A DNA stretch of 64,000 nt from Tubulanus polymorphus. Its lineage: Eukaryota > Animalia > Nemertea. The translations under genes and the position numbers were made by a program. The DNA lies in the NCBI RefSeq assembly GCF_964204645.1, contig NC_134026.1:28616150-28680149 (forward strand), given 5' to 3'. Below the pieces are notes generated by a model, which ran no database searches, had not been told where the DNA came from, and was given only the letters and a program-made list of their open reading frames with translations. The first letter of the stretch is position 1. Every line of letters starts with the position of its first letter. Of the stretch, positions 1 through 10,962 are shown piece by piece.

Positions 1-904
1 GCCGAATGTGCGGCGCGTAAATCTCTTAAAATGATTTTGTTGCAGACAATATAGCATTATCGATAATTGCGGTGCGTCGAGGAAAAGACTTTATTGAAAT
101 GATTACTTGAATTTGAATCAGCCTAAAGCTTTTGCTGGCAGTGCACGTATAATTTGATTTCTTTAATGTCATGGTAGACGCATATCGGTAAAATAAGGCG
201 ACTGCTTTTCAAATGTAAATGAATCAGCAATTTTCCGTGATTTAGTATTGACGTTGAGCCGCTGTTTGGTATGTTAATTGGTATATTCATGATGTATCTT
301 ATTGCCTGAAGCGAGACGACAAACAACGCGTGAAGATGATTACAAAAATATATTTTTGCTGTTCATTTTTACGTGAGATGTTGGCGGCTATAGTTTGTTT
401 TACAACATCGATAGAAAATAAGACACGGAAAATATTTACTCCGTAAAATAACTCTGGGAAGGTAAGAAATAGTGAATAGACATATCAGACATGTTTTAGG
501 CGAATTTCTTCGGTGAATAATTCGCCGTATAATTCGCCTGCGATTAAATTTGGGAGACCGCGAAGGACTCTCAAAGGATCTCTTCATTCAGTATATATTT
601 CTTTCGCCCAATTTAATGGGTGGAGATGACATTCACTGGGAGAATTTAGTAATCGCCAATTAAAAATTCGGCGATAACATCCCAGATTCGTGCGAAAATC
701 TAATCACCGACTAGAAAATTCGCATCGTATTCCTCGGCACACTGCAAAATTCGCCGATAAAATTCGCTTAGTCTGTCACGCGCAAGTCTAAAAAAACACG
801 TTTTAGTCGATTGGACACGCTACTAACGGTATTGTATGGTGGCTGATAAGGGCCATAGCGTAAAATTCCTGGTATGTAAATGAGGGCGCCAGAACGCCAG
901 AACG

Positions 905-1462
905 CCAAAACAACGAAAAACGTCCAATTTTCTCTAAAAGTTCGTTTTGGCGCGCCAAAACAAAGAAAATTCCGTTTTGGCGCCCCCGCCAAAACGAACT
1001 TTCATTTTGGCGCCCCCGCCAAAACGAACTTTCGTTTTGGCGCCCCCGCCAAAACAACGAAAAACGTCGAAATTTCTCTAAAAGTTCGTTTTGGCGCGCC
1101 AAAACGGAGAATATTCCGTTTTGGCGCCCCCGCCAAAACGAACTTTCATTTTGGCGCCCCCGCCAAAACGAACTTTCGTTTTGGCGCCCCCGCCAAAACA
1201 ACGAAAAACGTCAAAATTTCTCTGAAAGTTCGTTTTGGCGCGCCAAAACGGAGAATATTCCGTTTTGGCGCCCCCGCCAAAACGAACTTTCATTTTGGCG
1301 CCCCCGCCAAAACGAACTTTCGTTTTGGCGCCCCCGCCAAAACAACGAAAAACGTCCAATTTTCTCTGAAAGTTCGTTTTGGCGCGCCAAAACGGAGAAT
1401 ATTCCGTTTTGGCGCCCCCGCCAAAACGAACTTTCGTTTTGGCGCCCCCGCCAATACGAACT
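905..1462 (+). repeat. Left-arm tandem array: 144-bp higher-order unit (~3.8 copies) built from ~30-bp subunits
   Basis: AAAACAACGAAAAACGTC recurs at 1051, 1195 and 1339 (period 144). The subunit is AAAACGAACTTTCRTTTTGGCGCCCCCGCC (30 bp). Each unit also holds one perfect palindrome TTTTGGCGCGCCAAAA. Confidence 0.95.
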
Positions 1463-1581
1463 TTAAACCACGAAAAATAATTCTATATATACGTAAAATA
1501 TTTTCATTTATGCAAATTTATGCAAATTACACACAATATCAACGCGCCAATTTGAAAAATAATTTTACTGTGGTTGAATGC

Positions 1582-2126
1582 TTGTTTTGGCGGGGGCGCC
1601 AAAACGGAAATAACCGCGCCAAAACGAACTTTTCTTTGTTTTGGCGCGCCAAAACGAACTTTTAGAGAAATTTCGACGTTTTTCGTTGTTTTGGCGGGGG
1701 CGCCAAAACGAAAGTTCGTTTTGGCGGGGGCGCCAAAATGAAAGTTCGTTTTGGCGGGGGCGCCAAAACGGAATTTTCTTTGTTTTGGCGCGCCAAAACG
1801 AACTTTTAGAGAAAATTGGACGTTTTTCGTTGTTTTGGCGGGGGCGCCAAAACGAAAGTTCGTTTTGGCGGGGGCGCCAAAATGAAAGTTCGTTTTGGCG
1901 GGGGCGCCAAAACGGAATTTTCTTTGTTTTGGCGCGCCAAAACGAACTTTTAGAGAAAATTGGACGTTTTTCGTTGTTTTGGCGGGGGCGCCAAAACGAA
2001 AGTTCGTTTTGGCGGGGGCGCCAAAATGAAAGTTCGTTTTGGCGGGGGCGCCAAAACGGAATTTTCTTTGTTTTGGCGCGCCAAAACGAACTTTTAGAGA
2101 AAATTGGACGTTTTTTTTCGTTTTGG
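1582..2126 (-). repeat. Right-arm tandem array, inverted copy of the left-arm array
   Basis: Same 144-bp unit in reverse orientation (TTTTGGCGGGGGCGCCAAAA subunits). The ORF track shows the mirrored 48-aa repeat peptide on the minus strand. Confidence 0.95.
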
Positions 2127-3989
2127 CGTTCTGGCGTTCTGGCGCCCTCATTTACATACCAGGAATTTTACGCTATGGCCCTTATCAGCCACCATAGTAT
2201 TGGTCATGACGCTAAGAAAACCCGGTGATGGCCGAATATGTCATCGATTTTTCATTTTATTTGCCGGAAAAAGCCATTTCATTTGTTCGGAAAACGAGTA
2301 GAGTTTTCGTCAATATTTTGGTCCAGTGACTGTCGCCAGGTAATATCATAGTGCACCGCAGTGCTCATAATCAGAACACTTATGTCCGATAACTATTCCC
2401 GTGAATAGCCGGATAAAAAACTAATAGTATTATATCCACTTCCATGTTATGATTGGATTATTATACGGGTATAGCAATCAATATTGATAGAAAACATCCG
2501 GGGTTTACTACTTTAGACTTGACGACGATTTTCGCTGAGCCACGAACAATGGTCATCTTTGCGCATAATATTGTCCGATGATTAATGCATCTGGATCGAA
2601 GTAGCGGTCACCGGCAATCAGCAAGAAGGCGCGACGAAAAGTGATCAGAACAGAATTGGCTGCAATTCTGCGAGAAGGTGATTGAAAGTGATCGTCCAAT
2701 TGTCCGAAACTCTTCCGCATTCCGAGGAGTCGTCTGATTATTTGAGTGGCGTATAAACTATTCACGGTATGGTCGGAACTGAATAAAACTGACATTCCTG
2801 GTAAATTAACTTTACATCTGCAAACACATCCTGACGGAGCTCGGTCAATATTTCGCCGCAGGTCCTACCAGCACGTCTTCGTGTGTTGTTTGAACTCATT
2901 TTCGGTAGTAAAACGGTCAGTATCCACGTCATAATCGATGATCCGAATGCCTGCATTGCTTATTCTTTATAATATTAACCCTTATTGTGTTCCTTGATCT
3001 GATAAATAAAGTGTACATACATTTTTTATTATACATCAAGACATGTGTAATTTCCACATAATTAGTTTTAGGTATTGCGTAAATAAACTCGCGATTCATA
3101 TTTTCTAGTCTTTTGTGTCACATTCCAATGGTTAGAAAATGATCTAAGTCATACGTAGCTTCCGTCAAATAATTTTAGAATTCACTTGCGTAACAAATCA
3201 CAAATTTGTCTGTGCGTCAGAAGTAAAAAGTAAGTGTTTGACAAATCTCAAGACTTTATAAATGAATATGATGTTAGATTGACGGTCCACTGCGGATTGT
3301 AATGGAATATGCATCTTATGCAAGTGTTTCATAGAAAATTAGTTTTATATCGATATCGTAAGTGCGAGTTTTAAGTTTAGGTTTACTCCCAATTAATCGA
3401 AATAATGGAGAAATCCTATTTACGCACATGGGCCAAGGGCGTAAATATCATGTTTATTTAATGTACCGAATGTTGCTCGTATGCAAATCTCTAGCAGAGG
3501 TCGTCGATCGTCGACAGGGCGTCTTAATTATATTGACTGTGTATTAAATTGCAATCGTTGGTGATGCTATAACCGGCAAAATGGAATAATAAGGCAATAG
3601 ACAGCTCGTAAATAGCCAATATAAGGAGGCTTCCGACCTGTTTACTGACAATTTTATATTGTACATAATGGACCCTCGGTATCATATTTCACATGAGTGA
3701 AGATATTGCATTTAAGTTGATGGACTGTGACTCAGTGTTAGTGTTGACATAGGCGCATGAATTAGTGACCAGTACAGAGATTTCTATGGAGTTGTTACTT
3801 GTGTCCACTGTGGAAGTAATCTCGCTAAAATGCGGATGCAAATAATATATTCCTATCCGAACACTCAACGTAACAATACATGCGTATAATTATGAAAAAT
3901 CCTTATCTTATTCTCAAATACGTAACTGGTTTGTCGTTTTGTCGCCTTGTTTTCGAATAGATGTAGATGGGTTGTATATATTTTTCTAG

Positions 3990-6474
3990 ATGGCTCAGGC
4001 TTTTAACGGGGAAGCATCATCACCACCCAGAGCGATATTATGGGCCGTGCCACGAAGCATCTCGACGGCGTTCTTCCGTGCCATGATGAATAACAAAGAT
4101 GTAAAGGTAAAATAGAGATTATGAACTTTCTACGTTTAATTATCAGACGGTTCTTATATATGCATCAACGATGAACCTAATGTTATTCTACCAAGACAAG
4201 CCCTTTTTATGAAAAATAATATTGTATGCAACATGAGTGGGTTAAAGCAAAATACCTTTCTAAATGGTGCTGAAAGGAACCCGTACATATTTTTCATTTT
4301 GTCGAAACGGCAGTTATGATGTGAGATCATTTTTTAATCTTTTTTTAATCAGGTGCACCTGGAACCCTATGCTAAAGCGTACTATTTCGGTAGCGAAAGA
4401 CTAAGCGAACGATATCCAGACTCACCTATAGAACCGAATTCTACATTTGCAGACATCAAAGATATATGCGAACAACCAGAATCTGGTAGGTTATTTGCTT
4501 ATTAGGACAACTTGACATTTCATTTTTAAAAGTTACGTCATCGCATAGCTTTCCTTGGGAAATAACTTCAAAAAACCAATTTACTCCGACTCGAGCTTGT
4601 TCATTCTCCATTCATCTTCCATCTACCTTCGCCCCACTTCGCAGTATGTAAATCGCCTCTGTGTAATAATGGAAATGGCGAATTAGTAGAAGACGCACTT
4701 AAAACGATGTCAGTTCGTAATTCATTACTATACTGAACAGTTCATTGAGATCGAAGTGTTCACTCAGTCAGTACTCAGTCAGAGATTTAGTTTGATATAT
4801 TGCTATCTTATTCGCAGTCGATGAAATTGACGAGAATTATTAGACGACAATTTTCTGTCTTCAATTTGATTCCGAGGATATAGTTAGCTCGGGCACTAGC
4901 TCGTTGATCAAACACACTGTCAATGAATGCTTCATTATTGTCAAGATAAATCTTATTCGGGTCCATCAATTTTATTACTCTCTTTACAACACGACGTAAA
5001 AATATGCGCGAGCTCAAATATATTTAGTTAATATTTCGATTATGGAGCACCTTTCAGTAATTAATCAAACAGATTCCAGAGTAATAATCAAATAACTCAA
5101 CATGTGCTGACAAGGAGGGATTACTATATCAATCAAAAATCGAACCCCGTTCATTAGTGGCAAATAGGAACCTGATACTGATATCCCACGTGGGAAATGA
5201 TACTGTGTGTTAAATATCCATCAAAGTTTCAAATGTCTAGTTTAGTACTGATGTAATTAAGAATTATCGGCTGAAGACACCTTGCTGGTAAGATTTCCAA
5301 TCGACCGGGAATACTCGGCGACATACTCGTTGTGATAATATTTCACTAATTGTAGTGGACAACAGATGGTATTGCACTATAATACATGTAAGAAGCGTTA
5401 AACTTTTAACCAGTTTTAGAATTAATCTATCCCTCTGGCTAATGTTCAGCTTCACTTATCTGTGAATTTCAATAAATGCTCTCTACTGCCTCAACGTTGT
5501 CGTTTTCATTCTTGTTTGTAACTTGTGATCGCAGAGAATTAGAGAATAAACCCAACTGTAACTCTTCACTTGCCCGGAGGTAAGCGCAGGATGTCAATCG
5601 AAATCAATTGAACACATGTTTCTATTCTAATTTCAGACTGTAAAGCGGTTTTTGTCAAAGATATGGCGTATTACTTGGCTTCTCGACTCAATACAACTGA
5701 ATTTGTGCCCGCCGGTTACACGCATACATTCCTGATCCGCCACCCGAGGAAAACAATCAGATCTCTTTATAAAATGTCATTAGATTCCACTCTTACTGGT
5801 AAAAAAAAATCCTCATTCTTCTTTGTGAGAATGCGACACTTTTTGAATAATTGAAATTTTAAGATTCAAAGATTGCACGAGTTTTAAGGCACCGGAATTT
5901 TAACAAAGAAATTCTTCATACTTTTTCTTTCTTTTGCATTCTCATTAACGACACATTTAATTTACGTAGGTTGGACATATTTTGACCCAAGCGAAGTTGG
6001 ATTCGAAGAACTGTGTCAAATGTACGATCTAGTCAAAGATAAATTAGGCCAGGAACCAATGGTAATAGATGCGGATGATCTTGTTACCGACCCAGGTGAG
6101 CACTGCAAACCACGGGGCTTATACCACACTACATTCAGCGATCATCTGTGATGAATTGATTTTCAATGTATTTTTTTTTTCCAGAACCGATTCTACGTGA
6201 ATATTGCGCACGCACCGGTATACCGTACGACAACGCTATGGTAAACTGGGATCAGACACCACCAGAGATGAAGCTGTTTCAGGATTGGTTGCCGTGGTTT
6301 GAGGGAACGCTGAAGTCAACTTCTTTCAGGTCGCCCGCGACGAAAAAGAAAACGGACGAAGCGCTTCCTTTTGATCTAGAAGCTTGTATAGAATCAAATA
6401 TGCCTTATTACAATAAATTATACGAGAAAAGATTCACCAAACCATCTACTGATAATTTAGATATAAAACAATAA
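3990..6474 (+). CDS. Stand-alone sulfotransferase-like P-loop protein (N-terminal domain family of 'branched-chain-amino-acid aminotransferase-like' proteins), ~275 aa, 5 coding exons
   Basis: GT-AG exons 3990-4106, 4353-4485, 5637-5798, 5970-6095 and 6185-6474 join in frame (828 nt). Family motifs: ILWAVPRSISTAF (PAPS/P-loop-like), HLEPY, FVKDMAYY, HTFLIRHP, VIDADDL, YC..GIPY...MVNW, STSF, PYY..L. Confidence 0.8.
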
Positions 6475-7349
6475 ATATTAGGCAATATTTTCTGGTACAT
6501 GATCGCAAGACAACGAACCCCACCCAAACGACTAACGACAACTAGATTTTAGCATCGAAAGATACATTTTATGTTTTGAAATCTATTTGAAAACATAAAA
6601 TGATGTCACGATGACTAGTGTATATATTTGATAGGCAGTTATTTATTTTTGAAAGTTCATACAACGTGGACTTGTTTAGGTATATACCATGTATATGTCC
6701 CATACCGTATAATGTGGATTATGTGTTGGTAATTATATATTCAGGAAATAAATTATTATTATTACTATTATTAGTATTTTATCATTGTTACTGCTTGTAA
6801 AACAACTTAGTTTCCGGGTGAAATAGGCCTATAAACTGTGAAAAAAAGATGTTTGTTGATTTTTTGGATTTTTAAAAAGGAAACTTTACAAAAGTCAGAT
6901 TAGGAAATGATATTCCATGTCAACTGAAAAATATGTTGGGTAAATACAGCACTGGGAACCAAAGATTTACATTACTATGAATGCACACTGTTGGGGGAAA
7001 GCTAAGGAATTCTCACTCGAAGAAATGAGAAATGACCTTACATTTTACCTATTGCCACTCATTTTGTACATATTACAAATTGCCTTTAATGTATGTCTAG
7101 ATTTCGACGCCTGATGATATGATAATGTATGAGTTTGATTTACCCGAAACCCTGGTCCAGCGTACCACGAAGACTACTTAGCATTTAATACTAGTGACTC
7201 GTTAAAACCTTTAAAATCACATGTATCGATAGTAAATTCATGTTGTATAGATATGCAATAATAAATGTATATAGATAGCAGTATTCTCGTGTTTCCTTGT
7301 TTGTGAAAAGTTGATCGTGTACTTTCCTTTATCTATGACCTTTAAATGA

Positions 7350-7750
7350 GGGATATGTGCTGAGTGTAGGACTCGGGAGGTGGCACCCAGTGACTTACCA
7401 CACTCGGCGACTGCCAGGCACACAGCCCGGGTTACCCGCTTGGCATCGATCTTTTAGATCGTTGAGTCATAACTCATGGCTTAAACTGGTCTTATGTCGT
7501 GATTTTAGTACTGATGTTCCATGGTGATAAGATTGAGTGAAGACGTGAATAACCGTACCAGGTATTAATATTCCCCGGCGAGCGGCCCGCCACCGACCGG
7601 TCGACGAAGAAACTCGATCGTGCGTTGCTTATCCGTGCTCGCACCTGATTTGACAAAATGCCTTGACATGAACATCAAAGAGCGCAAATTATTCATGATG
7701 CGTCCACAACCACAAGGTCTACTGAGAAAACAGACACCTGCGTTTCTCGC
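7350..7750 (+). ncRNA. Candidate structured non-coding RNA (identity unknown)
   Basis: GC-rich island in AT-rich intergenic DNA with at least 7 predicted helices. Several contain G-U pairs that work only on the + strand (see findings). It did not match the snRNA, RNase P/MRP, SRP, 7SK or telomerase motifs I could recall. Confidence 0.3.
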
Positions 7751-7903
7751 CACGAATCTTCATTTTAGATATATTAGGTCTATCGTCAAGCTTCCGGTTG
7801 ACTCTAATTCAATTGCGGACGATCTGCGCAATCTGTATAATATCAGCGCAGTCTGAAGAACAGCTGTCAGATTTTACTTCCGGTATAAACAAATGAAGAA
7901 GAA

Positions 7904-9089
7904 ATGGACAAACCATTAAATTTAGTGCGTAATTCATAATTTAAGATCCATCGTCGATAAATCTAAATCATATTTATTTCAGTAATTTTTACTTTAACTT
8001 GAATGAATAGTTTAATTTGATTGAGATTTTAAGAAATTGACTGTCAATCGTCGTCTATTTTTTGATGTAGTAGTAGAAGTGATATGGCCTCCTTTCTTGA
8101 CATGACGGAATATTGCGTAATCCATTGTTTGTCCCATCAAATGATTGACTGGCAGTGACTCATTGACTGACCTCCAAATCTGTTATTATTAGGGCTGTTA
8201 ATGTTGAACAGAAATTGATATTTCAGGCTCATCAAGAAGAAAGAAAAGCGGAAAGATATCTATGCGCAGGAAAGTTTACTGAAGCAATAGCCTGTCATGA
8301 AAAAGCTGCTGGTGAGTGGCTGAGTATAGAATAGATAGACTGAGTGAGAGTTATTTTATTCTTTGATCTTCTTTTGCGTTGTATATTTTTGTTTCAGAGT
8401 TTATGCAGCAAGCAATTGACGCAACAACGACGAAATCAGTATTAGAATCATTAACACTACAGCACAAAAACCACTTGAAACAACAAGAGATAATCCTGTT
8501 GAAACAGAAACAACAAGAACAAGCTTTAAAACTTAAAGCTAAGAAACTGAAAGATGACAAAAGACAACAAAAGAAAAATGAAATGATTCAACAGGAAGAG
8601 AAGGATAAGAAATATACCGACGATACGGAATTAAATAATTATTTGATTTATCGTACGATGACTGAAACCGATTCACTTTTACAGTTTATAAGCAATCAGG
8701 GTCACGTGATAGGCAGCGAACAAATTAAAAGCGATGCATTGTTAAATCGCGCGACTCAGGAATCGTTTACAGCCGCGATGAAACAACCGAAATGCGACCA
8801 AGTTATTATCGAAGAACTTCGCATTCACAACGAGGAACTGTGCAAGTTACTTAAAAAGTACATTACCAAGTTCGAATATGTGGAGAACGAGAATAGACTG
8901 CTGAAAGCGAAACTGACTAAATATGAAACAATGACGGCTTCGACTTTAACGGAAGAAGAGTATAGCGCGATACCCGGTGGAATGCATATAGCAGACGATG
9001 AAACTCTCGATCTTCCTCCTTTAGACACGCCGAAATTTGACTTCGATGCTTTTAAAGATTTCGATGATTCGTCCACATCACTGCCCTAG
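7904..9089 (+). CDS. NRBF2: Nuclear receptor-binding factor 2 (Atg38 orthologue, PI3KC3 complex I subunit), ~265 aa
   Basis: Exons 7904-7924, 8227-8311 and 8398-9089 are in frame. N-terminus MDKPLNLAHQEERKAERYLCAGKFTEAIACHEKAA matches the NRBF2 MIT domain (human PLNLAHQQSRRADRLLAAGKYEEAISCHKKAA). C-terminal coiled coil IIEELRIHNEEL..ENRLLKAKL and LPPL tail. Confidence 0.9.
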
Positions 9090-10962
9090 TTGTAGGATAG
9101 CCACACCCAGGTGTAGAGAATAGATAAAATGATTAAAACCCATTATACACAAATTTAAAAGATTAGAAACGAAATCTTTCTATCAAGACACAGAATTTTG
9201 CACTCTCTCTCGAGAGACCATTGTCAGATGTAAATATATGAGTGTACATATAGGCCTACAGGGAACAAGTAAATTGAACTAATTTCTAAATGAGGAGGCT
9301 ATTATTGGTTTATTAAGCATGTTTATGAAATGTGTTTTTTTATTGATTATGATAGTAAGTTTCGTATTTCACCTTTCAAATTGGTATATAGTGGGTTTTA
9401 ATCTTATTTACTGCCTTAGTGTCTTTACTGAACAAATTTCCCGGCTACATTATCACTAGGGTTCAATGCGGGACATATGCAAAATATTGCCAATTTTTTT
9501 TTTTCACCAAGGAAGTGGTAAATTGTTTACCCCACCCCATGTGTACATCCCTTAAGACTGGCCAGATACTGCTACTCTCATTTTTATGTAGTGCCTTTAG
9601 ACAGCATTACAAATACACATTGCATACCTTGTATTTATATAAAAATTGCTGTTTTAAAGCATAGATATATTATCTTATGGTATTAGTCTCCACATATCCT
9701 GCGCTACAGTCTATGGATTGTCATATTCATAAAGGGTTAGGCTTTAAATGAAAAATGATCTCTCTTTTTTCATCGATACCTGCTAATCATTTTGCGCATG
9801 GAAATAATTCTGAGTAGTACGAAGCACTAAGCAATGACACTATATGTACATGTGTAGTAATAACTCAAAGCAGCAAATATCACACAATGTCTCAATCGTA
9901 AAACCATCTTTAAATTTGTCTCAACAACTATCTTATATTCTTCTAAGTGGTGTTGATAATACATGTATCTATTCAGAAATATATATTTTGCCGTAAAGTG
10001 TTCAACATAAAGACGTGCTCCGTACTGTTACTGTTATATAATTTGTAAACATGTATTTGTATATATAGGCACTTGTGTAAGTGAAGAATAATGTACTGTT
10101 ATGTACTGTATCTGCGAAATGTCATCCTCTCTATTCTATAATGTACATTATGTAGTCACTTTCCCATCGATTTCAATAATATACTGGTGATAATGTTACA
10201 TTTTTAGTATTAAAGATTTTATCTGCACTATTCATATCTATTTGCTCTGGTTTCCATCAGCTTTCAATATTGGTACGTGAAACTCTTGTAAAGTCAAGAA
10301 TCAAAGGATACATTACAAATATCCAATGCTGCAAATACAAGCTCTTGACCCATCTTGAAGGACGCTCTTTACCAAAGGAAATGAAAGCTGAACAAGATTT
10401 ATTTTGAACGAAAATTATATATTCATTATAACTATAATATATAAGATAAATATTCCTTATTCCATGGGCTTAAACATATAAGATAACACCGAATCCAGTG
10501 TTCATGTAATTCAGAGAATTATAAAACATCAAACAGAAATTACATCTAAATCTGGCGCCAGAAATGATATTCATAATATTTAACAAAATAGATTTTTAGG
10601 CATCAATTAAAACTTGGATAAATTTGTCCGAAAATAAATACATTACTCACTCAGTATTGAGTTATTGCAGGAGATATCAACAATCTGCAGCCTGGAACCA
10701 CACGCTCCTGCATTGTTGTCAAGTCTGGATGATCACATCTTGAAATCTTGTGTTTATAAGATAGTGTCTGGCATATTAAGTTCATTTTCAATTTGAAGAT
10801 CTTAAAGTGTGAATGGTGAAAAAGTATTAGCAATGTTCAAATCATTTTTGCTAGTGTGAACACCGTTCTAAATTTGAACGTTCTAAATGAACACGACTGT
10901 CAAACATCCAAGCGTGGGTCTAAGCTGCAGGTTGGTACCTAACATAATATTGCAATGATGAA

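Larger units (their letters stand above)
835..2196. mobile_element. Non-autonomous foldback-type DNA transposon, probably IS3EU superfamily
   Basis: Left end TATGGTGGCTGATAAGGGCCATAGCGTAAAATTCCTGGTATGTAAATGAGGGCGCCAGAACGCCAG (from 835) is the exact reverse complement of the right end (to 2196). It is flanked by a perfect 6-bp direct repeat GTATTG (829-834 and 2197-2202). The long inverted arms are separated by a ~120-bp AT-rich spacer (~1463-1581). There is no transposase. TAY..RTA termini with a 6-bp TSD are the recalled IS3EU signature; the superfamily call is less certain than the element. Confidence 0.9.

Noticed and set aside
905-2126. CRISPR-like array (regularly spaced palindromic repeats)
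   Set aside because: The intervening sequences are short and repeated rather than unique, the array is mirrored within TIRs and a TSD, there are no cas genes, and the context is eukaryotic.
803-2228. Repetitive ORFs (RFGAPAKTNF / FWRGRQNESS peptides) on both strands
   Set aside because: By-product of stop-free 30- and 144-bp repeat units that are multiples of three; mirrored on both arms; no independent evidence of coding.
2553-2956. Short overlapping ORFs (64-80 aa) as a gene or transposase fragment
   Set aside because: No recognisable motif or consistent splice structure.
7350-7780. Telomerase RNA, 7SK, U12, RNase P/MRP or SRP identity for the structured segment
   Set aside because: No CUAACCCU-type template on either strand, no 7SK GAUC/GAUC long hairpin with an oligo-U end, no U12 GUAAGGA, and no P/MRP CR-I/CR-V pair. 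The partial word matches are too short.
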